From NCBI RefSeq assembly GCF_009914755.1, contig NC_060945.1: DNA of 64,000 nucleotides. One strand, 5' to 3'. The translations under genes and the position numbers were made by a program. Shown one piece after another: positions 46,893 through 58,841 of this stretch. The DNA is from the human T2T-CHM13v2.0 reference genome, Homo sapiens. The stretch's first letter is position 1, and each line of letters starts with the position of its first letter. The notes below the pieces were generated by a model. That model ran no database searches. It was not told the origin of the DNA and worked only from the letters and a program-made list of their open reading frames with translations.

Positions 46893-47249
46893 ACTTACAC
46901 TTCATTACTTATACCTCATGGTTTTGATGATCACCTGTCAATCAAAAGACTACATTAGCTAAAGCATTAGTCCTAATTTGCTCACCTATACCCCAAGTGT
47001 AAAGACAGGTCTTACCTCCTCAGCATACATTTTAATTTATAAGGCCAACCCAGAACCTACCCATGAGAGAGAGCAAAAGTTAATAAGGTCAGTAGCAATT
47101 ACCATAAATTTTATTAAGAAATTTCTGTGAAGTTGAAATCATTAATTCCATTAAGTGGAAATTATTCTAAAAGAAATTGAGTCAAGGGTTGTCTTCCTTA
47201 CCCATGTTCCAGAAAATAGATGATCATAAAGACGTCCATTTAACAAATT

Positions 47250-47945
47250 ACTTATGTATACTTATACATATGTAAGCAATATACAAGTATTTTATTATAC
47301 ATAAGTAACATATACATAACATTTATCATAAAAGTATATTTTATAACATAGTATAAAAGTATAATATTTTGTAGCATATTACAAAAGTAATTTATACAGT
47401 ATATAAGTAACATATATAACACATACATTACATAAGTAACATATATAACATCATGAAAGTATATTTTATAACAGTATAACATTTATTATGTTATAGCATT
47501 ATTATATATGTCATAACATTTATTATATATTATGACATATACATTTATTATATATTATAACATATATAATGTTTATTACATGTCATAACATATATAACAC
47601 ATATATGTTATAACTAACATATATAACATTTATTATATACATTATAACTAACATAGATAACATTTATTATACACATTATAACAGATATAACATTTATTAT
47701 ATACGTTATAACTAACAGATATAACATTTATTATATACATTATAACTAACATATATAACACTTACATATAACATTATATGTAATGTTAACATTATATATG
47801 TTATATATATAACATACATAACACTTAACATATATAACACTTATATATGTTACTTATATAATGTATACATTACATTTATAATATGTATATAACTTTTAAT
47901 ATGTATATAACTTAATATATAATATGTATATAACTTAATGTTTAA
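47250..47945. repeat. AT-rich minisatellite/low-complexity array (34-bp unit TTATAACTAACATATATAACATTTATTATATACA)
   Basis: About 4-5 recognisable units at ~47608-47760, embedded in degenerate TA-rich repeats. Confidence 0.85.
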
Positions 47946-48835
47946 GTATTTTATTTGGGGGATGCTAATATAAATAAATTTTTTCTCCACTTATAAGTTT
48001 TGATGAGAATGATGGGGATAATGAAACCAACATCTTCTGTGAAAGTTTCTTTGATTAATATCCCTTTGGAATAAGAAAAAATTAATTCATATTGGAATTT
48101 CTCAGTTATTTTTAATCTATTACATCTTCATATAATATGTAATTTAATTTGAAAATCAATCCCAAAGGTTTTGGAGTCAATCAGGCACATACTCGGCATC
48201 CAAATTCTTAAAAGAAAAAAAAATTGTTTCCTATTTGGCTGGTTGTTTAATCAGGGGAATTAAGAATATCTATCAAAACGACACATGCATGTATCCTCTG
48301 ATCACAAAATGTAACTTATAGGATGTTTTATATCAAATATACACACTATTATTAAATGCAACACTATTTGCAATAACAAAATATAGAAAATAAGATAAGA
48401 ATTCATTTCTGTAAAATATTAGGGTTCTGTGGAGACTGGAGAAACAGTAGGATGTGTGTGTGTGTGTGTGTTTGTGTGTGTGTGTATTATGAAACTGAGT
48501 TACATAATTATGGAGGCTAAATCCAAATCTTCGGTCTTGCACAGATAGGCTAGAGACCTAGAACATCCAATGGTATAAATGAAATCCACAGGTACTCTGC
48601 TGGAAAATTCCCTCTTTCTTGGGGAAGCCCCAGTCTTTGTGTTTTGTTTAAACCTTAAACTAAATGAGGCCCACCCAAATTAAGAAGGGAAATGGGTACT
48701 CAAAGTTTAAAGGTCAGGGAACCAATGGCGGATTCTGCTGGTTGCTGAGCATATCTGTTCCAACTATATGCTCTGGAACCAGAGAAATAACCACAGATGG
48801 GCTCAAGGACAGCTAAACCCACTGTGACACAGACC

Positions 48836-49102
48836 TTAGCTGAAACTCCATTGATCACCTGAGCTCTTTAAGCACCTAACTCTGACTAGTGGACCACAGC
48901 AGCATTCTGGGTCTCTTAAAATTTGTGTCAGTTCAGAGCCAGTGTCTAGGGGTCCCTGAAAGGTCCGATTAGTTCCTTTTCCAAAATGTGCAGTTAACCC
49001 ACAAAAAGCCTTATATGCCTTTGGATAAAGATAGGAGAAATAGTATACATTTTTGGCAGTATACTGAGGTCCCTCATCCAAACAACTTGGCCTCCCATTC
49101 AT
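48836..49102 (-). pseudogene. ERV-L aspartic protease relic
   Basis: LDTGS catalytic motif at 48935-48949 in an ERV-L context (...DPECCCGPLVRV). Frameshifted downstream. Confidence 0.8.
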
Positions 49103-50285
49103 TCAAAGGGATCTGGGTCTGAAAGCTGGCTCAAGCCTGGGAATTGATCGAGAGGTTGTTGTGACTCTGTTTTATGATTCAGCTTAGACTATTTTTCACT
49201 TGACCTAAAAATTTTCTGCTTATACAGATCAAGTAAGAATGTAGTAAGCCTCCTATTTCTTTCATTTCTAGAGGCACCGTGATTAACTTACCAAAGCTCT
49301 AGGTCTGCTCAAGTCAGATTATTCTGATTGTTGCTTTCACTCTGCTTTCCATTATGGTAACAACACCTGCCATTTGCAGTCGAGAGCTAAAACTTGGCTC
49401 TTGTGACACTGGAATCCAATTATTCCAATTACGTTTACATTTCCAAATCAGTGAATGCAGTTCCCACTGTAAGGTCTGACCTACAGAGAAGAACAATAAC
49501 AGCTTTTCAGTGGAGCTAGAACACCCCTCAAATATTTGTTTTTTACAATTGTAATGAAAGGTATGTTATGATGGGTAAATGGGTCTTAAATAACCTTAAA
49601 TAACCAGAGTAGGAAGGCAGGTCTTAAATGACAAATCCACTCTAACATTCCAATCTCATTAAGTCCTTGAATCTCTCCTCTCTATTAAACCAAGGCAGGT
49701 CTGGGCATTTCTCAGGTAATTACTGGGGGCTACCTTTTGATCTATGTTTTGTCTAATCGACATCCCCCCAAAATAAATCTGGTGGAGCCTCTTCTATTTC
49801 CTTGAGCTGCAACGTTAAATGCAGAATCTCTGCTTAGTGGGCCCATAACAATAACGTCGGCCTGATCCAACTTTAGGTTTCCCCCACCATTATCCCACAC
49901 TCTTAATATCTACTTTCACACCTATATCCCAGATTTCTGTCTGCATAAATTAGAAAACTCAGGTAGTTCTTTTGAAGTGTAGCATACTTCTTCGTAGGTC
50001 ATACTTTTTACCTCACCTTTAGGGGACTGCTGGAAACTGAGTCTAGTTGTAGGTCAAAGTGCAAAAGGAATGTTGGATTAAGTCTCGAGGAGAATAGCAT
50101 GTCTTGCCAGGTAATAGCCTCAACAAAGGCCATTACCATTTTCTCAGGCATTGCCCTGAAATGGAGGTTAAGAGACTGCTTCTACTGGCAAAAGAAGACC
50201 AAACAAATTTTAGGGGGTAAATGTCACCTGCTTTATCACTGTCTTTCCACATATCCCCATTCCAACTTTTAGGATCCCATTTCTT

Positions 50286-50521
50286 TTTTCTTTCTTTCTT
50301 TTTTTTTTTTCGAGATAGCATCTCGCTCTGTAGCCCAGGCTGGAGTGCAGTGGCACGATCTCAGCTTACTGCAACCTCTGCCTCCTGAGTTCAAGTGATT
50401 TTCTTGTCTCAGCCTCCCAAGTAGCTGAGACTACCATCATGCACCACCATCCCTGGCTAATTTTTGTATTTTTAGCAGAGATGGAGTTTCAACATGTTGG
50501 CCAAGCTGATCTTGAACTCCC
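50286..50521 (-). mobile_element. AluS, 5'-truncated, inside ERV-L gag
   Basis: 15-bp TSD AGGATCCCATTTCTT/AGGATCCCTTTTCTT. Confidence 0.92.
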
Positions 50522-50824
50522 AGGATCCCTTTTCTTCCCAATCAACATCCTTACTTTAATAGTACACACCATGAGAGGCTGGGAATTTAATTTGCATTGT
50601 AAGTCAGCCACTCACAGGATGAGATTCTGGGTTTTGTTTTCAGCAATCTCAGCCCTGTGGCTTCAGACTATATGAGACTCTTTTACTTTAGACGTAGAAG
50701 CTTTTGCTGTTTCATGCAATATTTTAGCTAGAAAATTTAATACCTGAGCTCATCCTCTTATTTCTCCTACTTTGTCTAGTGACATTAGGGGTAACCAGTC
50801 AATCTCATTCTACTCATTAGTTTG

Positions 50825-50833
50825 ACACATATA

Positions 50834-50867
<34 letters not shown>

Positions 50868-50969
50868 CATATATATATGTGTGTGTATATATATGTATAT
50901 ATATATATATACACACATATATATATGTATATATATATATACACACACACATATATATATATATATATG
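50825..50969. repeat. 145-bp alternating purine-pyrimidine (TG/TA/CA) microsatellite with internal inverted repeat
   Basis: Direct read. Arms are at 50845-50884 and 50911-50950. Confidence 0.9.
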
Positions 50970-51154
50970 GCCAGATTATACCATGGACTATGAGTGGTTT
51001 CTTTACAACTAGAAATAGAGTCATAGTGTCTTAAAATCTGATTATATTACAGGACCAATTTCAGACAATTTAATATTAAGATGCTATTTTTTAGGAGTGC
51101 ATAATACTTATTGGAAAATAAAAATATTTTTAAAAGGTTCTATTTCTTAGGGCA

Positions 51155-51316
51155 CATGGAAGAAGGAGGGATGAGGGCTAAAATAATCACCTATTAGATA
51201 CAATGTACAGTATTTGTGTTATGGTTACAGTAAAAGCCCAGAGTTCATCACTGTACAATTTATTCATGTAACCAAAAACCACTTGTAACCCTAAATCTAT
51301 TGAATTTATTTTTAAA
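51155..51316 (+). mobile_element. Short L1 (L1PB/MA) 3' end
   Basis: TACAATGTACAGTATTTG...TAAAAGCCCAGAGTTCATCACTGTACAATTTATTCATGTAACCAAAAACCACTTGTA. Confidence 0.8.
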
Positions 51317-51319
51317 ATT

Positions 51320-51468
51320 CTATTTATTTAAAAAATATTTATGGATACCAAATAGTTTTATGAGGTACATATGATATTTTAATACAAGTATACATTGTGT
51401 AATAATCGAATAAAGATAATTGGGATATCTATCACCTCAAACATTTATCATCTCTCTGTGCCAGAAAC
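51320..51468 (-). mobile_element. Short L1MA 3' end
   Basis: GGTACATATGATATTTTAATACAAGTATACATTGTGTAATAATCGAAT...GATATCTATCACCTCAAACATTTATCA. Confidence 0.75.
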
Positions 51469-52035
51469 ATACCTCATGACATCAAAATCTGTATTAATAA
51501 GGATTCTCCAGAGGAACAGAACCAATAGGATATGTGTATATATAGAAAGAGATTTAATATATAAAAAAACTTGCTCACGGGAGTGTGAGCAGGCAAACCC
51601 AGGAGACCTAATGTGCAATTCCAAAGGCTGGCAGTTTGGAGACCCAGCAAAGCAAATGGTACAGACAAAGTCTGAAGGCAGTGTTCTGAGGAATTGAATG
51701 ACTGGGGAGATGCCTATTTTTTTGTTGTTCTATTCAGGCCTTTAATTGATCTGATGAGGCCTACCTACATTAAGGAGTACAATCTGCTTTACTCAGTGTT
51801 CACTCTCTAAAATGACATTCTCATACAAATACACATCCCAATTTATCACATAAAATTCACTGTCATAGGTAGAAGATGGATGCTAAAAGAGTTGGATACA
51901 ACTTGTTGAATACAAGGTCAATGTGTCCACATGTAAATTACTTCCTAAATACAAAAGAAAAGCAATGATAGCAGAGAAATTTAAATTATCTCATCCAAGT
52001 GACCAGAGTATAATAATACAGTAATAAGTTATACT

Positions 52036-52438
<403 letters not shown>

Positions 52439-52684
52439 TCATCTAGGTATTACTCCTGATAGTTATATATAGCCTAGAGTGAATCATGGGAAAGCAATCA
52501 GACAAACTCAACTACCGTCTATTATTCTTCAATAATGGAAAATGCTGAGAAAATGTTGCCAAATTAAGGAACACTACAATATATGACAAGTATTAATAAA
52601 TGCAATGAAGTTTCCTGAATTTGAGAATAGATAAGAAAATATGAATATGACAGTACCTTTTGACAAAAATGTAAAGGGTCTTAG

Positions 52685-53749
52685 TGAAACTGCCATTGCA
52701 AAATTAGAACTGAGACAGTGACAGAGATCTGGCCTAACCAACTCTATCTTGCTTGTAACCTCCAAGCTGTCCTTGTTCATTCCTGGACCTAGGCTGAACT
52801 AACCTTAGGAGGAACTCAGTTTACAGTTTATAGGTTAAAACAAAGATAATAACAGCTCTTTCCCAAAACAAACTTCCATCTTGTCTGGGACTAGACTGCC
52901 TTTGTAGGACTAACAAATTAACCAAAAAAATAGAAATTATGATTGAGGAGTCATGCAGCTGAAGGCTACAAGATTCTGACCTTCCCCAAATTGTTCCTGG
53001 GGATAACATCACTGTTGTTTTTTTGTTTGTTTGTGTTTGTTTGTTTGTTTTTGAGACAGAGTCTTGCTCTGTCACCCAGGCTGGAGTGCAGTGTCACTGT
53101 CTAGGCTCACTGCAACCTCCGCCTCCTGGGTTCACACCATTCTCTTGCCTCAGCCTCCCCAGTAGCTGAGACTACAGGCGCCTGCCACCACGCCCGGCTA
53201 ATTTTTCTTTTCTTTTTTTTTTTTTTTAGTAGACACGGGGTTTCACCATGTTAGCCAGGATGGTCTCTATCTCCTGACCTCATGATCCGCCCACCTCAGC
53301 CTCCCAAATTGCTGGGATTACAGGCGTGAGCCAACGCGCCCGGCAACATCACTATTATAAAGCTGAAAATCAGTGCTTGAGATATTTTGCAGGCCCTTCA
53401 TTAGAGGAATCAGCTGGCACTACTCGGATGGATAAAAGGTCTCATCTGATCTTGTGTCCCCCACTCAGGAAATGACTTAAGTGCAAGATAGCTATGATTC
53501 CCTATAACTTCATCTTCGACTCAACCAGTGGGCACTCCTGACTCACTGGCTGCCCCCGACACCCACCAAATTATCCTTAACAACTCTCATCCTCAAATGA
53601 CTGGGGAGACTGATTTAAGTAATAGTAAAACTCCAGTCTCCTGCACAGCTGGTTCTGGATGAATTACTCTTTCTCTAATGCAATTTCCCTATCTTGATAA
53701 ATTGGCTCTGTCTAGGCAGAAGGCAAGTTGAACCCAGTGAATGGTTACA
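52685..53749 (+). mobile_element. LTR8-type ERV1 solo LTR split by an Alu
   Basis: TGAAACTGCCATTGCAAAATTA ... GATAAATTGGCTCTGTCTAGGCAG...GAACCCAGTGAATGGTTACA. Confidence 0.85.
53017..53344 (-). mobile_element. AluY/Sc8-like
   Basis: TSD AACATCACTGTT/AACATCACTATT. Confidence 0.92.
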
Positions 53750-53869
53750 ATGGTACCTGCAATTTATTCACAAACTGTTGAGCAAATAGTAATGTTAATA
53801 TTTGTGGAGTAAAGGTAAAGCAAGCATGGAAAACTTAGTAGCATATGTAGTTGATCAACTCTAGGGCTG

Positions 53870-53991
53870 GAAAAAGAGGGCCCTAACATTGCTGTCAGCT
53901 AGACCAAATTCTAGGCAGACTTCCTCCTGCACCTAGGTCTCTGATCTCTTATCCCTTAAATGATTTATTTTTTAAAAAAAATACTTGTAAT

Positions 53992-54022
<31 letters not shown>

Positions 54023-54480
54023 ATATATATGTATGTATGTGTGTGTGCGTGTGTATATATATATATATTTTTTTTTTTTTTACTCTTTTGAGATGTAAAT
54101 CTTTTAAAAAGCCTCTTGCCAGTTTTAAAACCCGGGAATGTCTTTCTCTAGATCTGGGAACTGTCCCTTTGAAACGTAATCATCAGGAAAAAGCAATCCT
54201 AATTCTTAGTCCCTGTGGGAGTTTAGGCACATATAACTTCAGTGTAACTTGGAGCAAGGCTACAAGACATTCTGTCATAAACATAGAAGAAAATTTACTT
54301 TTTGCTGGAGTAAAGCCAATTAGCCAATACGCATGACTAGTTTACAGAAAAATAAAACACATTTGCAAATAATGCAAACATAATGTGCTGGACATATCCC
54401 AGGGATCAACTGCCTACCTCACGTCCTCCATGACTTTTCTACTAGCTCACCCCAGAGTTTAAAAACCCTTCTCTCCTGAC
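53870..54480 (+). mobile_element. MER34/MER39-like ERV1 LTR containing a (TA/TG)n microsatellite
   Basis: Colinear with 13145-14290 (TGTAAATCTTTT...CCAGTTTTA...TCCCTTTGAAA...AAACACATTTGCAAA...TAATGTGCTGGA). Confidence 0.75.
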
Positions 54481-54556
54481 TTTTCCAGGAAAGACTGACA
54501 CTTAGAGTGAGAGAAATCACTAGTAAGTGTTCTGTGATCATAATGAGGAAATCCAT

Positions 54557-55117
54557 TGTGAGGGCCTCGGGAGAGCTTTCTCCTTAGTCCTCTGAATGTT
54601 TGCTAAAAAAAAAAATCAACTCCCAAATGGCAGATTTATACACGAAAAGGCATACAAATTCTATTTGGCATGTCTACATGGAAGCCTTCAGAATGAAGAC
54701 CCAACCCCACAACAAAGTACAGAAGCTTATATACCATCCTGAGGTTATAGAAAGAACGCAGGCTCAGAGCATGGCCCAAAAACAGGTTCTAGTGTTAAGG
54801 CAGTTTAAAGGAGGGAGAAAAGAAGAGGTTTGGCTAGCAAAGGGGGCCTTGTTGTGTAGCCTCACAGTAGTAGCCCTCAGAGAGAATAAATGGTGAAAGT
54901 TTCTTTTCAGACTTTTGAAAGTGTCAGACTGTCAATCTCTCCTAGATGTGGAAAAGGTCCTGAAAAGCAAGGCCTGGCCGCATTAATGGAGATTCTCTAT
55001 AATGCAAATATTCCCCACAAAAGATACCTCTGCAAGGCCACTCTGGTGACTCTTCAGCAGCCATTTAAAAATATGTCAAAAAATGCATTTTGGGGTAAAA
55101 TATTTTGATTTTCTTCA
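54557..55117 (-). mobile_element. MER4-group (LOR1-like) solo LTR
   Basis: Ends TTTTGGGGTAAAATATTTTGATTTTCTTCA. TG...CA termini with a perfect 4-bp TSD CCAT. Confidence 0.8.
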
Positions 55118-56329
55118 CCATTATGGCTTTAGTCTTTATTTTTGGTAGCTAGCCTAGCAGCAGCATCTCAATAGATTTAAACCAAAAAAACAAGAAGCAT
55201 TTCAACAATTGCTATATATTCATATTATAACTCTGAGAAAGCAGTCATTTGCCTCCTGGGGAAGTTTACTGACTGTATATTGTGTATTACAAAATGCTTT
55301 TATTTTTTATTTCTTTCAAGTTGTTTTGAAGATATATTTTTCATTTAATGTATTCAGTTGGCTGCTCAAATTTTCTCTTACCATATTTCTATTTCTTTTC
55401 TTTCCCCATGTATAGTTGTTTTGTATATTAACTTTGGCTGGAGACTTGACCGGTGACGAATCTGTATTTTTTTAATTCAGTCAATGTTTAAGAAAACTGC
55501 CCCCAAGCTACTCTAACACAAAACCTTTTGATGTAATCTAATCCATAATCATTATCTGGAAAGAAGTTAACAGTTCTGATAAAATGCTTAAAGAGTCACG
55601 TGAAATTATATTGCATTGAAATTATATCAATAATTGAGAAATTTAAAATGTAATAATTGTTTTATTCACTATTAACATTTGAGAGGATTGCTTTAGTTTG
55701 ACTTTTTAGTTCTGTCTACATGAATCAGAAAGGGATAGGGTTTTTTCTTTCTTCTCTCAAAAAACATAGGAAAAAATTTAAGAAAGAGAATATTTTATAT
55801 TTTAATATCGAATACTAAAATCTGGACATTTACACCTTACATAGTCTGCTTTATCTCAGCTACCAGCACTTGGAGTAAAAATTTAAAAGCATTTTGACAT
55901 TCTTCTGCTGGGTCAGGGATTCTGTGGTAGTATTATCCTATCAGGGGATGCTGGAACAACATAACTGTCAATCATCCCTAGCTCTGAACAATCAAATCCA
56001 TTTTCACAAAAGCTAAAGAGTTACTAAGTACCCCAGAGCAGTTCCACTATTCAGTTGGCTTTTTCATTGTTCTTTTTCCATATCCCCATCTTCCCCCCAT
56101 GTATTCTCATTTTGCATTTTAACTTTACCTGCATTCCTGACCTTGGCTACCCTATATTTCATTATCCAATCAATGTTTTAAGAAAAGGCCCCCAAGCTAA
56201 TCTAACACAAAACTTTTGGTTCCATTTAATTCATAATCACCATCTGGAAAGAAGTTAACACTTCTGATAAATGCATAAAGATTGTTCTTAAAATTTTTAA
56301 AGCTATTTAAACTTTTTTTGCAGTAACAC

Positions 56330-56808
56330 TAAGGGGAAAGAGAAACCCTCTCATATTGTTTTATATTGTTTTATATTCAGTACCTGTTTTAAGAAAAAAC
56401 AAGGAAGTAAAACCAAAGACCAGCAGCCCGGCACTAGGCCCAAAACCAGGCTTGGGCCTGCCTGGCCTAAACCCAGTAGTTAAAAATCAACTCATAACTT
56501 AGAAACCGATGTTATTCATATATTCCAGACACTGTATAGAAGAACATTGTGAAACTCCCTGCCCTGTTCTGTTTCTCTCTGACCACCGGTGCATGCAGCC
56601 CCTGTCACATACCACCTGCTTGCTCAAATCAATCACGACCCTTTCATGTGAAATCTTTAGTGTTGTGAGTCCTTAAAAGAGACAGAAATCGTGCATTCGG
56701 GGAGCTCGGATTTTAAGACAGTAGCTTGCCGACGTTCCCAGCTGAATAAAGCCCTTCCTTCCACAACTCAGTGTCTGAGAGGTTTTGTCTGCAGCTCGTC
56801 TTGCTACA
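56330..56808 (+). mobile_element. LTR2B-like (HERV-E) solo LTR
   Basis: TAAGGGGAAAGAGAAACCCTCTCATATTG ... GAATAAAGCCCTTCC...GTCTTGCTACA. 4-bp TSD ACAC/ATAC. Retains many CpGs. Confidence 0.88.
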
Positions 56809-57592
56809 ATACCACAATCTACTCTATCAGCTGTCCATCAAGAATTCAATGACTACTTATTGGTCAGTACTTTCTCTTTTGATGTAACCTAAAAATGAAT
56901 ACTTTGTTCCTGTAAAATGTCTCTTTCAAGATTAGATTGCAGAACTGGCCTATTAGATGTCATTTCCTTTAAAGCAAAATTATAATAATTTTTTGTATAT
57001 ATTTATAAAGTATTTGAATGCTTTTGTATAATATGATGCAAATATTCTATTTCATTTTAAATCTCATTTCAATTACTTTTTTCAGATTAACGCTATAAAC
57101 CTGAGTGCATACGTGTGCATGAATACCTTTATATAATGCATTTATCCCAAGTTCTTACCTGCCTTCTTCCTCAAAGAAGATTTAGAATCTTGACTTCAAA
57201 ACCCAACTCTTGGAGGCATTCTTCTCAACTCCTAAAACAACAGAATAAAAATTGGGTGTAAGAGACTAGAAATGTCAATTATGGGAAGAAGTGTTTACTT
57301 TTGAAAGACTAAATTCATTCTGAGTGCAGGATGATTACAGAAATAGCAAATTCCACACAGCTTGGGGTTGGGGCTGAGGAGAGGTATGCTGGAACAACCA
57401 AGGTTTTTAAGAAAAGATGATAGATGTGGGGGAAAGAAGGGCTGATCAAGAATTAGAATTTGTATACCTTTCATGTTTTGGGGGAAACACAAGAAAGAAA
57501 TTGTTTTCTTTTGAAATTAGTTCAAGAGACGTAAACTTTCTAGTAGATGTAAGCATTTGATGTACATAGATACAGACGTTTTGTAAGAAAGG

Positions 57593-58488
57593 TGTACATC
57601 AAAAGTAAAATTCTGTGCCCTCTGACAGACTCAGTGGATCCTCCTCTTGGCCAAGGGGATCTCAAACCTGAAAAACATGTTTAGTTCATGATGGAAAGGA
57701 AGATCAGACATGTCTTATTGTAACCCCTGCCTTTTGGAGTTTATGCACAATTGACCAGCATTAACATTAAAAGACAGATGATGACACTGACAAAATGGAT
57801 TATTTATAGTAATAAGATACCAAATTCCAACCTGACTCTGGTATAACATCTCATGACAGATAAAAGGTCATGAAAAAAATCAGAGTATTTTACCCCAAAA
57901 TATATTTCTTTGAAATATGTTGAAATTGCCCTGCAAAGGCATCCCTCATGTGGGAAATTGCATTCTATAGAGACTCTACTTCCCTTTCTTGGTCTTTTCT
58001 GAATCCAAGAGAGATTTAACTAAGGCTTTAACACCTTTTAAGATCCAATAAGAGAAATTTACCATTTATTCTCTCTGAAGCCGGCTACTTAGAGGCTTCA
58101 TCTACATAATAACAACCTTGGCTTCCACAACTCCTGTAATCTTAATGCAAACATTTCTTTCTGCTGATTTAATGAGGCAAAGCTTAATTCTTTGAACCAA
58201 TTGCCAATCCAAAAGTCTTCAAAGCCACCTATGTCCTGTAGCCTCTTTCACTTTGAGATGTCCCCCCCATTCCAGGCTGAACCAATGGATCACTTACACA
58301 TATTGATTTATGTCTTTGCCTGTAACTCCTGTCTCAAAAATGTATAAAACCAAGTTGCAACCCATCCACCTCCAACACATGATCTCAAGACTTCTTGGGA
58401 CTTGAGAGGTATGGGCCATAAGTCACTCATATGTGGCTTAGGATAAATCTCTTTAAATATTTTACAGAGTTTGACTTTTTTGTCAACA
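57593..58488 (+). mobile_element. MER4 (D/E-like) solo LTR
   Basis: TGTA..CAAAAGTAAAATTCT ... ATAAATCTCTTTAAATATTTTACAGAGTTTGACTTTTTTGTCAACA. TSD AAGG/ATGG. Confidence 0.85.
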
Positions 58489-58841
58489 ATGGATTTTCTA
58501 AATTAATTAATTGCTTCTTTCATAAATAAAAGATTAAATATCAAAAACTAATAACTGACTGCTTTCAAGATATAAACAAGCTCATACATTTGTGGAGGAA
58601 TCCCTCTTGTGAGCATGGCTATTTTATGGTAGATTTGGGGTCAAGTGAAGAAAAGATGATTCACCCACTCCAAGTGGAGGACTTTAATGAATGTAAAGGA
58701 GAGAATGTAAAGGAACCAGTTCATACAAACTTTAAGAATACACAAGGTATTTTAGGGAGAACAGAGGGAAACACACACAGAAATAGGTAGTATGAGAACA
58801 TGATTCTTCTCTGCTTCGTAATCGGTGTGTTTGGGTTATAT

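Larger units (their letters stand above)
48410..51867 (-). mobile_element. ERV-L (HERV-L/MLT2) provirus with pol deleted: 5' LTR 51490-51867, gag-pro relic ~48710-50820, truncated 3' LTR ~48410-48708
   Basis: Two similarly oriented MLT2-type LTRs. CAAAATC|TGTATT is the LTR/internal junction. Gag-like [13 protein letters not shown] and protease-like GKGTNRTFQGPLDTGSELT appear in the ORF track. Confidence 0.88.

Noticed and set aside
47600-47770. Regular ~34-bp repeats as a CRISPR-like array
   Set aside because: The units are head-to-tail without unique spacers, the context is eukaryotic, and there are no cas genes.
47252-51034. Tyr/Ile/Cys/Val-rich ORFs at 47252, 50785 and 50822
   Set aside because: Translations of TA/TG/CA simple repeats.
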